Both the position numbers and the translations under genes were made by a program. Shown here one piece after another: positions 1 through 12,880 of a stretch of 64,000 nucleotides of DNA. Under the pieces are notes generated by a model. It did no database searches, had not been told where the DNA came from, and was given only the letters and a program-made list of their open reading frames with translations. Source of the stretch: Lytechinus pictus (Eukaryota); contig NC_087252.1 in NCBI RefSeq assembly GCF_037042905.1, forward strand, positions 18,788,001 through 18,852,000. Direction: 5' to 3'. The first letter of the stretch is position 1. The number at the start of each line of letters is the position of its first letter.

Positions 1-1075
1 ATATTTTATATAACTGTCTGACATTGAATTGCTTAATTCTGCTATCTTTTATCTTTATAAATCTAAGATAAAGGACATCTTTCCAAACAAATTTTTTGGC
101 AATCTTAGTTGTTTTCCTCAAATTTCCAAAGTAAAAAAAAAAAAATCTTTTTTAAGAACATTGAATAATATTTTTTCGCTTTGGTGCAAATCATATTAAT
201 ACGTTTACCAAGTTGTTCTGGAGAGCCATTTTGTTTTTCTTTTATCATACTTATTTTTTTTCAAACCAATGAGCAGAACATTTTTTTAAAAATCTAATAG
301 TAAATACTAAATTATCAACATTAAAACATCTATAAAAATAGATATCCTTCTATTTTTCTTTATTTACAACTTGTTTAACATATAATATAGCTTTTTTCCA
401 TTCCTGAAAATTAGAAGGTTGTCCATTATTGTAATGTTACTATTATTCCATTAAATTTTATGATATATATTATCAACATTCTGTCCATTTAAATAACGTA
501 GTTTAGCCCATGTACATAGAGAGTAGATATAAAACATTGGTAAACCTTTTTTCTAAAAAACAACTTTAACATGTGTTTTGGATGAAAATTTATTTTAAAA
601 CAAAAAGACATTTCTTCTATGAAGCTTAACCAAAATGAGACAAGGGTTTTCAAGACTATATCATAATTATATAAAAATAAGGATTTATCCAAGACAAAAT
701 GAGTGATTTTGAATTTGAATATAGATCGGCCATACCAAGATCACCTTCAGCTATCGGTCTGACAAAAATAGTACGTTGAACTTTCTTACGCTTTGAATTC
801 CATAAAAAAGCAATATATTGTCTTATGTAAGCCCTTGCAAATATTTTGGCATTGGAATGACCGTACCAACATAAACGATTAGACGCGAACAATTAAACAT
901 TTTGTAATAATAATTTTTCGATAACATGTATGCTGTCTCCCTTTCCATGTTTTTAATATGTTATTGGCCTTTTCAGTTTTCCTTTCTAATTTAGCTTTCG
1001 TATATGTCTTTATTTTTTCCCCACAAATATTCCTTAATAGCGTTATTAACAAGATATGCTTTCTGTTTGTTCTTT
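1..1075 (-). pseudogene. Degraded L1/Tx1-like LINE ORF2 fragment (region C-terminal to RT)
   Basis: Minus-strand translation FLWNSKRKKVQRTIFVRPIAEGDLGMADLYSNSKSLILSWI (656-892) fits the L1/Tx1 motif F.W..K...v.r..l.....eGGLg..dl....k.l.l.Wi. Adjacent frames give NILKTWKGR. Frameshifted. Confidence 0.7.
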
Positions 1076-1384
1076 TTTCCTCATCAATGGATTTTACCTT
1101 GTATATACATTATGTACGTTTGAAAAAATAGATTAATTTTGAATTGACTTTTAAAAAAGAAAGAAAATATTACCTGATTGCTATTTGAGGGTATATTTTA
1201 ACTTCAGGCTGTTGCGCGTACATTGTGTCTATATTTTGTATACAGGGATAATTAAATGTCCATTAAAAACAAAGCATACGCCTGGCAAAATAAAGTATTC
1301 TTATTTATTCGAAAAGCAACGGTACATTTAAAATAAGAGTCAATTATAAATTTTCTTGCCACTTTTATTATTCCTTCACTGCAG

Positions 1385-1683
1385 ATTTCCGTGAACGTAA
1401 GCGTGATGTATCTGACGAATATTTAAAACAAATTTTGTCGCAGATTGGAAAGAAGTCACTTGAGCATATCGCTGAATTTACCAGAGATGTGACCAACACG
1501 GACAAGTTGTCTTCCAGTTCACCCATCAGCATTGAACATAAGGCCATTGATCGCGCACTTCCTGTACTACATCAATGGATGACGCTACCCTTTGCTTTGA
1601 ACCCAATAATCATTTTAAGTTTAGAAGCAGAAAAGTGGTGTGATGAAGATATGGATTTCTTCACAGGACAGGAAAGTGATTGA
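1385..1683 (+). CDS. Possible terminal coding exon of a host gene (helical, possibly death-fold-like)
   Basis: Pyrimidine-rich acceptor ttccttcactgcag ends at 1384. The frame is open 1387-1683 (FRERKRDVSDEYLKQILSQIGKKSLEHIAEF...ALPVLHQW...) and ends in TGA. No upstream exon identified. Confidence 0.3.
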
Positions 1684-1761
1684 TATTGCTGTACATCTGA
1701 CTGGAGTTACAATACCCTTCCCATTTCATCTTCTGACATGACGATTGCGTCGAATGAAGCC

Positions 1762-2759
1762 TTTTTGTCTCGCCTGAACGAAGTTCGGTAGAGACCTAGT
1801 AATTACTTTTCCTGTTGGTCTGTTAGTCTGTTTCCGTTGGCCTGTTGGTACGTTAGTCCGTTGGTCAGTTAAAAAAATAAAGGTTTTTGTTTAACATGCT
1901 CTCATTTCTTTATATTTTTTTCAATTATGTTCTTACTTAATACATATGATCCTTGGGTAATACCTCATGTGATTCCATGAGAATTATGTGGTCAAAGGTT
2001 ATCTAGGGGTAAAAAAGTGAAATGTTATGAGGTCATGTTCATCCTTTGTTTTTCAACTTGCTCTCATTTCTTTATTATTTCATCAATTTTCATCACACTC
2101 GGTTAAAATTATCCTTTGGTAATACCACTTGTGTGTTGTTGAAAAAAGTGGGGTCAAAGGTCATCTAAGGGTCAAAAGGTCAAGTTTTTGTTCCACTTAC
2201 TCTAATTTCTAAATCTCTGCATCAATTATGTTCACATTTGTACACATGATCCTTGGGCAATACCTCATATGTGTCCATGCGGACGATGGGGTCAGAGGTC
2301 GTCTAGAGGTCAAAGGTCAATTTGCTATCATTTCTTTATTCCTATATCAATTATGTTCACACTCGGTACAAATGATCTTTGGGTGATACCACATGTGTGT
2401 CCATGAGGAATGTGGGGTCAGATGGCATCTAGGGGTTAAAACGGCAATTTGCTCTCAGTTCTTTATTCCTAAGTCAATTATTTTCACACTTGGTACAAAT
2501 GATCCTTTGGTAATACCACATGTGTGTCAATGAGGACGATGGGGTCAGAGGTCAACTATGGGTCAAAAGGTCAATTTGCTCTCATTCCTTTAATTCTACA
2601 TCATGTTTACACTTGATACAATTGATCTATGCATATTACCGAACGTGTTTTCTTGAAAATGATAAGGTCAAAGGTCATCTAGGGATCAAATGATCATATT
2701 GCATATTTGACTGATTGCAAAATCAGGCGAGACTCATGGTTCGTAAACCATCTTGTTTT
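1762..2759 (+). mobile_element. Helentron-associated non-autonomous element (HINE/DINE-1-like)
   Basis: 5' T-run plus subTIR GTCTCGCCTG (1767-1776) with partial inverted copy GAGAC (1791). GTCTGTT/GTCCGTT microsatellite at about 1815-1870. Internal ~120-bp tandem units. 3' subTIR CAGGCGAGAC (2724-2733), then hairpin ATGGTT-cgta-AACCAT (2736-2751) and CTTGTTTT. Confidence 0.75.
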
Positions 2760-3430
2760 CTTACTATCCCACCAACGGTGTAAATTTTAAAGCCATATAA
2801 AAGAACAAGGAATTAATCAAGACAAGTCCCAGATATTTGATATTGTATGACAAAGTTCACCGTTAATTTATTCACCAAAATCCAATTATGAACATCAAAA
2901 AATAAATCCCTACTAGTAGCTCACATCTTAGAGGCTTCATCATAAAATGTGTGAAATAATCATTTTGTATATACGTCTGACACCAATTTTCCTCATTTTA
3001 TTTGACTTAATTCATAAACTGCATAAGTAATGATAATTTGATACCATTTAAAGATTTTGATATGAACTTCAGAAGGGAGATAAATCTATATGTAAAACCT
3101 GAACCATCGAATGACGTAAGCATGATTAATTTATTAACGCAGGAAAAAAGTATTTGAGAATACCAGCTATGATTTGTGACGTCATATTCGAGCTTCAACT
3201 GTTGCCTATTATGTCATGTAATATAAAATGCATAGATTTCATTTTTAGATAGTCAAATATGACTTAAAAGTATTTCTGGAGTGGACGTGACATTGGTAAT
3301 TTGGTTCATACTAATTTTTTTTTAAGAATGACGTTCCATCGATGCATTTACAGTACGATATATTTCATTTCATTTCTTTTATTTCCATTCCAACTTTTAT
3401 AAGCATTATAATGATTTTGTTTCATACATC

Positions 3431-3467
<37 letters not shown>

Positions 3468-3576
3468 CTTCATCATGACTTTATTCAAGTTCAAAGACAC
3501 TGATATAATATATATATACATAAAGAGACCAGGTCCACCGTTTCCATTCCAAACAAATGGCATATCAATGCATGGA

Positions 3577-3638
3577 TTACAAAACAGGTAACACGTACCA
3601 ATATAGAAAATTATTTAGAGTAACATAAATGCATATAT

Positions 3639-3676
<38 letters not shown>

Positions 3677-4848
3677 GTATATATCCTTAGATGTGTAGAT
3701 GCCGATGATTGTGCAAAATGCTCAGTGCTATATAAAGCAGAGCATATATTCATACCTATTGAATGTCTGCTACCGGCGGTTTCACGCCCGGACTTGAGGC
3801 GATCTTCAGGCAGACTGACGTTATTGACTATTTGTGTGGTGCGGGGGTCAATTTGACGCTTCGGTGGTTTCCGGTTTGGTCTCGTTCGGTGTCTGCACTT
3901 TGAAATCAGTTCCGACCTTTTGTTTTGTGAGTTTCTGTTTGTTATTATTGACACTTTTTCCTCCAGGCAAAGATTGCACAAGCCACTTTTTCTTTGGTTT
4001 AAGTTTGACTTTTTTTTTATGTCCAAAGTTAGCGTAGATTCATTGTTTTTTTCCTTCAGATTCCATATGTATTTTGAGAGTTGAGTTTCGTTCCGGTATC
4101 TTTCATGCTTAAATGATTTGATGTGGTTTCTGTATCTATCTTTGAATGTCCCCCCTGCAAGCCCGAAGTAGTGTTTCTCTTCGTTGCCATGTCGGATCGT
4201 CGCCTTGTATACCAGAGCCGTCTGCATACACTTTCCTTGTAATGGACATTGGTGTTTTTGCCGACAGTTACATTTTGGCTTATTTTCCGCTCGTGGGTTT
4301 GATTGCTTGACAACTTTTTGGTTGTGGGTTTTTATTATGGCATCCATGTTTTTCATGCAACTGTAACTAACCTTTATTGTGTTTTTGTTGAATATTTGGT
4401 TCAATTTGTGTCCCTTGGGAAAGTGCTTCATTGTTAACTTTAGGAATCTCCCTCCTACGTTGGTTTTTACTTCAGAATTGTAAGGTGGGTTAAACCAGGT
4501 GACTTTTCTACTTCTGTTTCTTCTTTTTCTTCTTTCTTCTAGTGGTCTGGTGTATTTGATGGTCTTGTCATACCCGCTTCTTTTCAGGGCGTCGTCGTAT
4601 GCTGGCGCTGCTTTCTTGAATAAGTCTTTGTTAGAAGACAGTGTCGAGAGGCGCTTCTCAACGGCCGCAGGTATTTGGTTGAGGATAGGGGGTGGATGGT
4701 TGGATGCCCGATGTACGTAGGTGACTGTGTCGTTAGGTTTTCTATATGGTTGAAAATCGCCTGTGTCTAGATTGAGGGTGACGTCCAAGTAATCTACGAT
4801 TGTTTGGTTGGTTTGTTCTGATTCACAAAATTGACCCCCGCACCACAC
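3577..4848 (-). CDS. Penelope-type RT C-terminus/thumb and GIY-YIG endonuclease (partial; homology about 3860-4820)
   Basis: YLDVTLNL..G.FQPYRKPND...YVHRASNHPP, WFNPPY, CNCR...CPLQGKC, LVYKA...HYFGL...FKDRYRNH, CNLCLEEK, NKRSELISKCRH. The ORF ends run into the pLTR and microsatellite and are not real protein. Confidence 0.9.
3765..3815 (-). ncRNA. Type I hammerhead ribozyme in the 3' pLTR (sense to the Penelope ORF)
   Basis: Reverse complement of 4867-4917 with one change in the stem III loop. Confidence 0.85.
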
Positions 4849-4866
4849 AAATAGTCAATAACGTCA

Positions 4867-4917
4867 GTCTGCCTGAAGATCGCCTCAAGTCCGGGCGTGA
4901 AACCGTCGGTAGCAGAC
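4867..4917 (+). ncRNA. Type I hammerhead ribozyme in the inverted pLTR
   Basis: GTCTGC-CTGAAGA-t-CGCC..GGCG-t-GAAA-CCGtCGG-TA-GCAGAC: stem I, CUGANGA core, stem II, GAAA, very short stem III, GUA cleavage triplet. Confidence 0.85.
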
Positions 4918-4952
4918 GTTCAATAGGTATGTATATATATATATAATATATA

Positions 4953-7900
4953 TGCAGCAATGGAGATACACACCTGAAAGTTGACCCTGAGTCAACCGAC
5001 TTGAAGTCAATTTACTCAGGGTCATGTTCAGAACTTAGAATTTTTTTTGAGCTCGGAGAGTGTACTACGGGCGGCAATGGAGTGCTTTCACGATGGGAAA
5101 CACAGTTGGGGGGTATGATCGCTTATTAGAACAGCCACTACGTACATTCATAGACCTGCTGTGTGTTTTGCGGAGCGAGAGCTGATTTTGTGAAATATTG
5201 TAGTCTTATTCCAGGAACGAATAAATAACAAAAAAAAAAGAGTAAAATTTTGATTTTTTTTTTTTTGTAGTTGAATAATATGGTTCCAAGATTTATCACC
5301 AAAATATTTGTTCATTCAATTCAATTTGGATTACATCCAATTAAGTGTACTGAGGCTTAGATTAGTAGGGTTTCCAGGGCTGCAGTGGGGGGGGGGGGCA
5401 GTTGATATTCGAATTAACAATAAAAATGAAAACAAAGGTAGATCGACTTGATTTCGATGTATACATAACATATCATAGATCCTGTCCATGTCTAAATTTT
5501 TTTTTTTTGGGAGGGGGGTGCAGTTGATATATTAATATAGCATAATACTCATTATTATTATTATATTTCTTGATATAATGGACTAAAAGTGATGGAATGT
5601 TTTTGTACGGTGACTGGAGGTCACTGTCTGTAGTATTCACTTAACTTGATGTTGTTATGCCTCACTTCATGGATTTTCATGTTTAGATAACATTACCTCA
5701 TCCCATACCCTGTCTATGACTTTTTTTTTTCTAGCGGGGGGGGGGGGGGGAATTGATATCATGATTTTGCATAAAACTGTTAATAAAACAACTGCAGTCG
5801 TGTGATTATATTCCGTCATGTAACTGACTAAAAGTGATGACATGTTTTTTTATTAGATGACTTGAGGGTTTTGTGGGTAGTATTAACTTTACTTGAAGTT
5901 TTGGGTCACTTTATGGTTTTCATGTGTGTACATTGTCTAGAGACATTTAATTTATCCCGACATGTCCGACATCCACGTATCATACCTACTCATACTATTT
6001 TTTCCCATTTATTCATTTATTTATTTATTTATTATTTTTTTTTTTTGGGGGGGGGGGTTGATATTTAAAGACGCACATTCCTCGCAAGTAGTTCTGCAGC
6101 ATGGAGACTTAACGCAGCAATGCCCACGCGATTTCGTGCGAATGGGACTGTGTGCTGTTATGACTCTCTTTGTGGATTTTCAGGACTAGATAACATTACC
6201 TTATATCCCTTAATATAATCAACTCAAAGAGAATATATGTTTTAGTTTGCTGACTTGAGGTCAATAACGGTGGTATTCATCTTACCTGAAGTTGTTATGA
6301 CTTTATTTGTGGATTTTCAGGAATAGATAACATTACGTTCTTCCCATATCCTGTCCATATCTTAATATAATAGTTTTTTTTTTGATGGGGGGGATGGAGC
6401 AGTTGGTATCTTACTTTAGCGTGAAACTGACCTAAAATATATAAAGTATCTAAAGTAAGATATCCCTTATTAAAATCGACTCAAAGTGATGATATGTTTT
6501 AGTTTGCTGACTTCAGGTCAATAATGGTGGTATTCATCTTACCTGAAGTTGTTATGACTCTATTTGTGGATTTTCAGGATTAGATAACATTACCTTATAT
6601 CCCTTAATATAATCGACTCAAAGTGATGATATGTTTTAGTTTGCTGACTTGAGGTCAATAATGGTGGTATTCATCTTACCTGAAGTTGTTATGACTCTCT
6701 TTTTGGATTTTCAGGAATATATGACATTACGTTATTCCAATATCCTGTCCATATCTTAATATAATAATTTTTTTTTTTTTTTTGGGGGGGGGTGGAGCAG
6801 TTGGTATCTTACTTTAGCGTGAAACTGACCTAAAATTTATGAAGTATATAAAGTAATATATCCCTCATTAAAATCGACTCAAAGTGATGATATGTTTTAG
6901 TTTGCTGACTTCAGGTCAATAATGGTGGTATTCATCTTACCTCAAGTTGTTATGACTCTCTTTGTGGATTTTTTAGCGTTGCGGGGTGATATGTATCGAA
7001 ATCTGACATAGTTACCATATAGATCTAGACCTTAGTATTTTAATTATGTTGAAAAAAGTACAATTCAATGTCAATAGATCTACCAAGAATTGCCTCATCC
7101 GGCCTAGATCTACATTTTCAACTTGACAAATCAAATCAAATGGTGGTATTCATCTTACCTGAAGTTGTTATGACTCTCTTTTTGGATTTTCAGGAATAGA
7201 TGACATTACGTTATTCCCATATCCTGTCCATATCTTAATATAATAGTTTTTTTTTTTGGGGGGGGGGGTTGGGCAGTTGGTATCTTACTTTAGCGTGAAA
7301 CTGACCTAAAATATATGAAGTATATAAAGTAATATATCCCTCATTAAAATCGACTCAAAGTGATGATATGTTTTAGTTTGCTGACTTCAGGTCAATAATG
7401 GTGGTATTCATCTTACCTCAAGTTGTTATGACTCTCTTTGTGGATTTTTTTAGCGTTGCGGGGTGATATGTATCGAAATCTGACATAGTTACCATATAGA
7501 TCTAGACTCTAGTATTTTAATTATGTTGAAAAAAGTACAATTCAATGTCAATATATCTACCAAGAATTGCCTCATCCGGCCTAGATCTACATTTTCAACT
7601 TGACAAATCAAATCAAATCAAATTAATCGACACTTTCATACATGCGCGCGCACACACACAAACCTTTTGAAGAAAATATGGGGGATGGGCGGGGGGGGGG
7701 GGGGGTGGGGGAACAGCAGCGCGCCCCACAAAGACACAAACCCTACCAGAAGTAGGCCTACGCCACTGTCAGTACACTTTATTGGATGTCAAAATTGACG
7801 AATCTTGGAAAATAAGCGTCGAACCATAATATCACACCACAGTTTGAACAACAAAAACAAAACCAAACAATTTTAGAGCATTGTTATAATTATTATTTTA

Positions 7901-8342
7901 CTTATTTATTTATTCCTGGAATAAGACTACACAATTATTCAAAATCGGCTCTCGCTCCGCAGAGTACGCAGTCTATGCACGTACGTATAGTGGCTGTTCT
8001 AATAAGCGACCACAGCCCCACATTAATCGCTCTGCGTGGAACATTACAATGACAAATCTAGACTCATTATTTTGTTATTAAGGCATTATAATTAATACAG
8101 GAAACGCAAATAGAGATGAATAACCAAGCAATAACTCAAACCAGTTGAACAGTTATCAAGAAAACAGACAACATGTTAGAAAAATCAACTGAAAGAAACT
8201 GCAATCGTGATATAGCACTCCGTTGCCGCCCGCAGTACACTCTCTGAGCTCGAAAAAATTATAAGTCCTGAACACGACTCTGAGTAAATTGACTTCAAGT
8301 CGGTTGACTCAGGGTCAACTTTCAGGTGTGTATCTCCATTGC

Positions 8343-8346
<4 letters not shown>
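4953..8346. mobile_element. Non-autonomous TIR DNA transposon inserted in (TA)n, superfamily unclear
   Basis: Termini TGCAGCAATGGAGATACACACCTGAAAG.../...CTTTCAGGTGTGTATCTCCATTGCTGCA. Inverted arms at about 4953-5230 and 7900-8346. TA arrays on both sides; interior of tandem repeats. Confidence 0.85.
5560..7620 (+). repeat. Hierarchical tandem repeats: ~120-bp subunits and a near-identical ~480-bp duplication (6662-7140 / 7141-7620)
   Basis: Recurrent aaagtgatgatatgttttagtttgctgactt.aggtcaataatggtggtattcatcttacctgaagttgttatgactc. Confidence 0.85.
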
Positions 8347-8386
<40 letters not shown>

Positions 8387-8388
<2 letters not shown>

Positions 8389-9169
8389 GTGCGTCCCAGA
8401 AAAAACGAAACCGAGATTTATCGATGATTTATGATAACTTAATCACAAACACAATAGACAAATGACCTACCATTATAAAGCTTAGAATCTCCTCTTTCAT
8501 CTGAAATTACTTAGATTATTTTTCATTCACGTATGAGTGAGCAAAAACAATTTGAAGAGGGGATACCAAAAAGTCATTTGGCGGGTTATACCTGGGTTTC
8601 AAAAAGAAAACCACACTTTTTAAAAGTTCAATATCTGCTCTTTAATTTGATACCTCAATTACAGAAAATGGTCAAGAAATAACAAAGTTCTGGTTATTTG
8701 AAATAAGGCTTGAATTTCAATAATTTCATAAAATGAAGAGGTTTTACAGGCTAGCGTTCAAACTCACTCGACACTCCGTTTTGTCAATGATCAGCCATGC
8801 ATTAAGTATTTTGTTAACCGTGTGATAGCGCCTGTGGGAAACCGGTGAAAACACGTTTATTTAATGAAATTATGGAAATACAAGCATTGTTTCGAGGGAA
8901 CATAACTTTTTTACTTTTTGACCAATTTTTGTGATTAAGGTATCAAATAAAAGATCAGATATTGAACTTTTTAGGCATGTGATTTTCTCTTTGAAATTCA
9001 GATACCCCCGGCAAATTGGGTTTTTGGTATCCTTTCTTCAAATTGTTTTTGCTCACTCATGCGTGCATGATGAATAATCTAGGTAATAGGTCATTTGTCT
9101 ATTGTATTTACGATTAAGTTATGATAAATCATCGCTAAATCTCGGTTTCGTTTTTTGTGGGACGCACTG
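8387..9169. mobile_element. Tc1/mariner-type foldback MITE
   Basis: TA|CAGTGCGTCCCA...TGGGACGCACTG|TA; the arms are complementary over most of the length. Confidence 0.9.
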
Positions 9170-9173
9170 TATA

Positions 9174-9248
<75 letters not shown>

Positions 9249-9490
9249 GTTTTATTATCCCTCTTGTGAATACTCTTTGAGTATTCTAGATAAACAATCG
9301 GTCAATTCGCGATCATGTAACAAAGTATAATTTCAATAGAAAAACACATCGCTGTGAATAGCTCCGTACATTTTTTGATATACTTTCATGAGGAAAACTG
9401 AGCATGCTAATTCTCGATATGTTCTTTCAATGTTGAACTGCGCATGCTTCAGATCCATACAGTTTATCTATTGAAATAAATTAAATATTA

Positions 9491-12260
9491 TAGTCAGGCA
9501 GCATATGTCATCTACTTCGACAAATTGGCTAAGTCTGATTTTTCACTTTTATGTGATTGATGACATCACAAGGAACAACTTTTAACTTGGTGACAAATTT
9601 CTAATGGTCATCTTGACCATGTGAGGGGTCAAAATGGGGTCAATAGGGGTCATTTCTTGAAATTGCCCCGATTGTGTCGAATCATACATCAAATTGTTTG
9701 TCTTGTAATACTAAACAAAAACGTGTATATAATCTTATACCCGTGACTTTACGTTACGAAGTTATGACCGGAAATGTCAAAAGGTCAACGAACTTGTGTT
9801 GAATGGCAAATTACACTGAAGGTGTTAAGAAAGCTATTTTTTATTGCATTTGTGTACTTTTTTATTTCGATTTTGATAAGTTCATCTTTAGAAGTCCTTA
9901 TCCAGAAGATATAAAGGGTCAAGACATGGTCAGGGAAAAGTCAAAAGTTCAACAAACTTTCATCGGTAGCTAATATACACTAAAAGCGCGGTTGGAATCT
10001 TAGAAGTTGGTTATTTATTTTGAAGTCTCTATCTAAGAAGACATTATCCATTAGATAAAAAAGGGGTCAAATGTGCTCAATTAGGAACAAAATAGATAAA
10101 CAGAGATCGACGTCGAATACATTCAGTGTGGTATCATAGTATTGCAGGAATACCTTGAAACGACTTGACAAACCCTAATGCCCTTATCATCTTCATGATA
10201 TAAGTGCAACCAGCACTTTTCGAGTTTCTTGATATAGGAATTCAATTCAGGTTCAATTAATTTTCAATTTACTAGTCTCTATCGCATATGTAAAGAAGTA
10301 TATTTCCTTCATTTGCTTTGTACATAATATTTTAATCAACATAAATTATTGTAATGTATTTGGTATAATTGTGTAATACTATGTTAACAGAGTAAACACA
10401 TCGATTGGTCAGTGCTCCCAGCTCCTAAGAAAGATGCCTAACATCTTTGGATTAACTTACGAATAAGATAATGGGGTTAGGATTGAGGATAATATGATAA
10501 GTTGGGCTCCAATTGCTCCTCAATTAATTATAATGTGTGACGGTTATATTATTTCTGACAGAGGCAACATCGTGCAGACATGCTCATTGTAGTAAGTCAT
10601 GGGTGTCCATCGTGCTGATGTGATATATTCTGGCCATTACTCGATCTCTGGAGCCAAGAAGGACTTCACATTTCTGAATATGTGCTGTCATTAACACGGC
10701 TTGTACTATTTTATCAAGTGTGTTTTTTCCAGAGCATACAACGTGAAACTAAACTTAATAAAAGTTCTCACGACAGTGATGTGCATAGATGGATGTATAT
10801 TTTGTTTTGGTTCTTTTGCCGTTCTTGGTTTTTTCCCACTTGCTGAACTACCTGGATGTTGCTAGAAAGAATAATCTTATGTTATTGAAGTAAACCACGG
10901 CCATACCACAGCGGGGGGGGGGGGGAGTTGCCCCACCCCCCAGAGAGATTGTGAAGACTTGCATTTTTACTAAAAAATAAATATAATTGACCAAAAGTAT
11001 GCACGAAATCCTTAAATTTCACTTTACAAATTTGGCAAAAGGGCCCTAATGATAAGCTCATAACGGCACATGCACCAGAAATGTGTAGTCCTTGACTCCA
11101 GAGCCCTCCAGAGATCGAGTAATGGTCAGAATATGACATCAGCATAATGGACACCCATGACTACAATAGGCATGCCTGCACGATGTTGCCTCTTTGTCAT
11201 AAATAATGTAACCGTCACACATTACAATTAATTGAGGAGCAATTGGAGCCCAACTTATGATCCTCAATCTTACAAGTTCATCCAAATAAGATTTTAGGCA
11301 TCTTTCTTAGGAGCTGGGAGCACTGATCAATCGATGTGTTTACTCTGTTAACATAGTATTATACTTATACCCCAATACATTACAATAATTTATGTTAATT
11401 AAAATATTCTGTACAAAGCAAATGAAGGAAATAAACTTCTTTACATATCAAAGACTAGTAAATTGAACTTGAATTGAATTCCTAAATATAAAAAACTCGG
11501 AAAGAGGTGGTTGCACTTATCACAATCACGAAGATGATAAGATTTTAAAAGGGTTTGTCAAGTCGTTTCAAGGTATTCCTACAATACCATGATGCCACAC
11601 TGAATGTATTCGACGTCTATCTCTGTTTATCTATTTTGTTCCTAAATAAGCACATTTGACCCCTTTATATATAATGTCTTCTGAGATAGAGACTTTTCAA
11701 AATAAAGAACCCACGCGAAATAAGACTTCTAAAATTCTAACCGCATTTAGTGTATTTTGACTTCCAATGAAAGTTTGTTGACCATTTGACCTTTTCCTGA
11801 CCATGTTTTAACCCTTTATATTTTCTGGATAAAGACTTCTGACGATGGACTTATCAAAATCGAAAAATAAAAAAGTACACACATGCATAAAAACACGGAA
11901 AGATGAGCTTTCTTAACACCTTCAGTGTAATTTGCCATTTACCGAAAGTTCGTTGACCTTTTGACATTTCAGGTTATAACTTTTTAACGAGAGGTCAAGA
12001 GTATTTAATTGTGTACACTTACTTATTCAGTATAACAAGACAAACAATTTAATGTGTCACTCGACAGAATTGGGGCAATTTCAAAAATTGACCCTTACTG
12101 ACCCCATTTTGACCACTAACATGGTCAAAATGACCATTAGAAAGTTGTCCCCAAGTTGAAACATGTTCCTTGTGATGTCACCTATTACATAAAAGTGAAA
12201 AAACAGACTAAGCCAATTTTTCGAAGTAGCCGGTAAATCATGACATATGCTGCCTGACTA
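9491..12260. mobile_element. Large foldback DNA transposon, Academ-like termini
   Basis: TAGTCAGGCAGCATATGTCA...TGACATATGCTGCCTGACTA, with 3-bp TSD TTA (9488-9490, 12261-12263). Inverted arms of about 1.2 kb around a ~350-bp spacer. Confidence 0.8.
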
Positions 12261-12574
12261 TTAATGCAAGTTCTCGCTCAAAGTAGTTACCGACAATCTA
12301 AAAAGTCAATGAGGAATTGGGTCTAGGTTATCATACAGAAAATATAATTCCATGACGGCCACTCATACTTGATTGAAATATGAATAAGCATACCCTAACG
12401 GGTTGAGTCACGATCTGATATATTAGCCTGCGCGTTCACAATTTGCATCTCGAGTGAAACTGCAGTGCGGCAGCGCAACGGACCTCTCTAACTGTTATCT
12501 GTAGGAACTGGTATAATAGCATTAGCTCTGCAGGCCTACATTGTAGGACTGGGTCCTCAAGTTTACCACGCACA

Positions 12575-12880
12575 ACTCAGTGACATGCAAATGAGAGAGT
12601 CGATGATGTCCATCACTAAGTATTTCTTCTGTATTTTACTGTTTGAGTTATACAATATTTCAATTTTCATCAATTTTACAGGAAGGATCAACTTAACAGG
12701 ACCATAAAATGTTACACCGACCAGGATGTGCATAAAACTGTTTTGTGAAATTAGTGAAATTTAAAAATGTCATACCTTTCTTATGTTACTTCCGATTTTC
12801 ATGAAATTTTTAGTGTTATGCTTAGTGGATTTTTCTTTTTATTCAAATCATCTTTTGGTTGGGATGGACTTGACCTTCAA
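12575..12880. mobile_element. Partial Kolobok-like non-autonomous element (same family as 48955-49410)
   Basis: Shares cagtgacatgcaaatgaga.agtc.atgatgtcca and the end tggacttgacctt with the element at 48955-49410. Confidence 0.6.

Larger units (their letters stand above)
3685..4931 (-). mobile_element. 5'-truncated Penelope-like element with an inverted pLTR copy, in a (TA)n/(CA)n tract
   Basis: RT C-terminus plus GIY-YIG ORF. About 100 bp at 3751-3854 is the reverse complement of 4828-4931. Microsatellites on both sides. Confidence 0.9.

Noticed and set aside
3577..3850. Hydrophobic C-terminal extension of the Penelope protein
   Set aside because: It is read-through into the pLTR and the (TA)/(TG) microsatellite.
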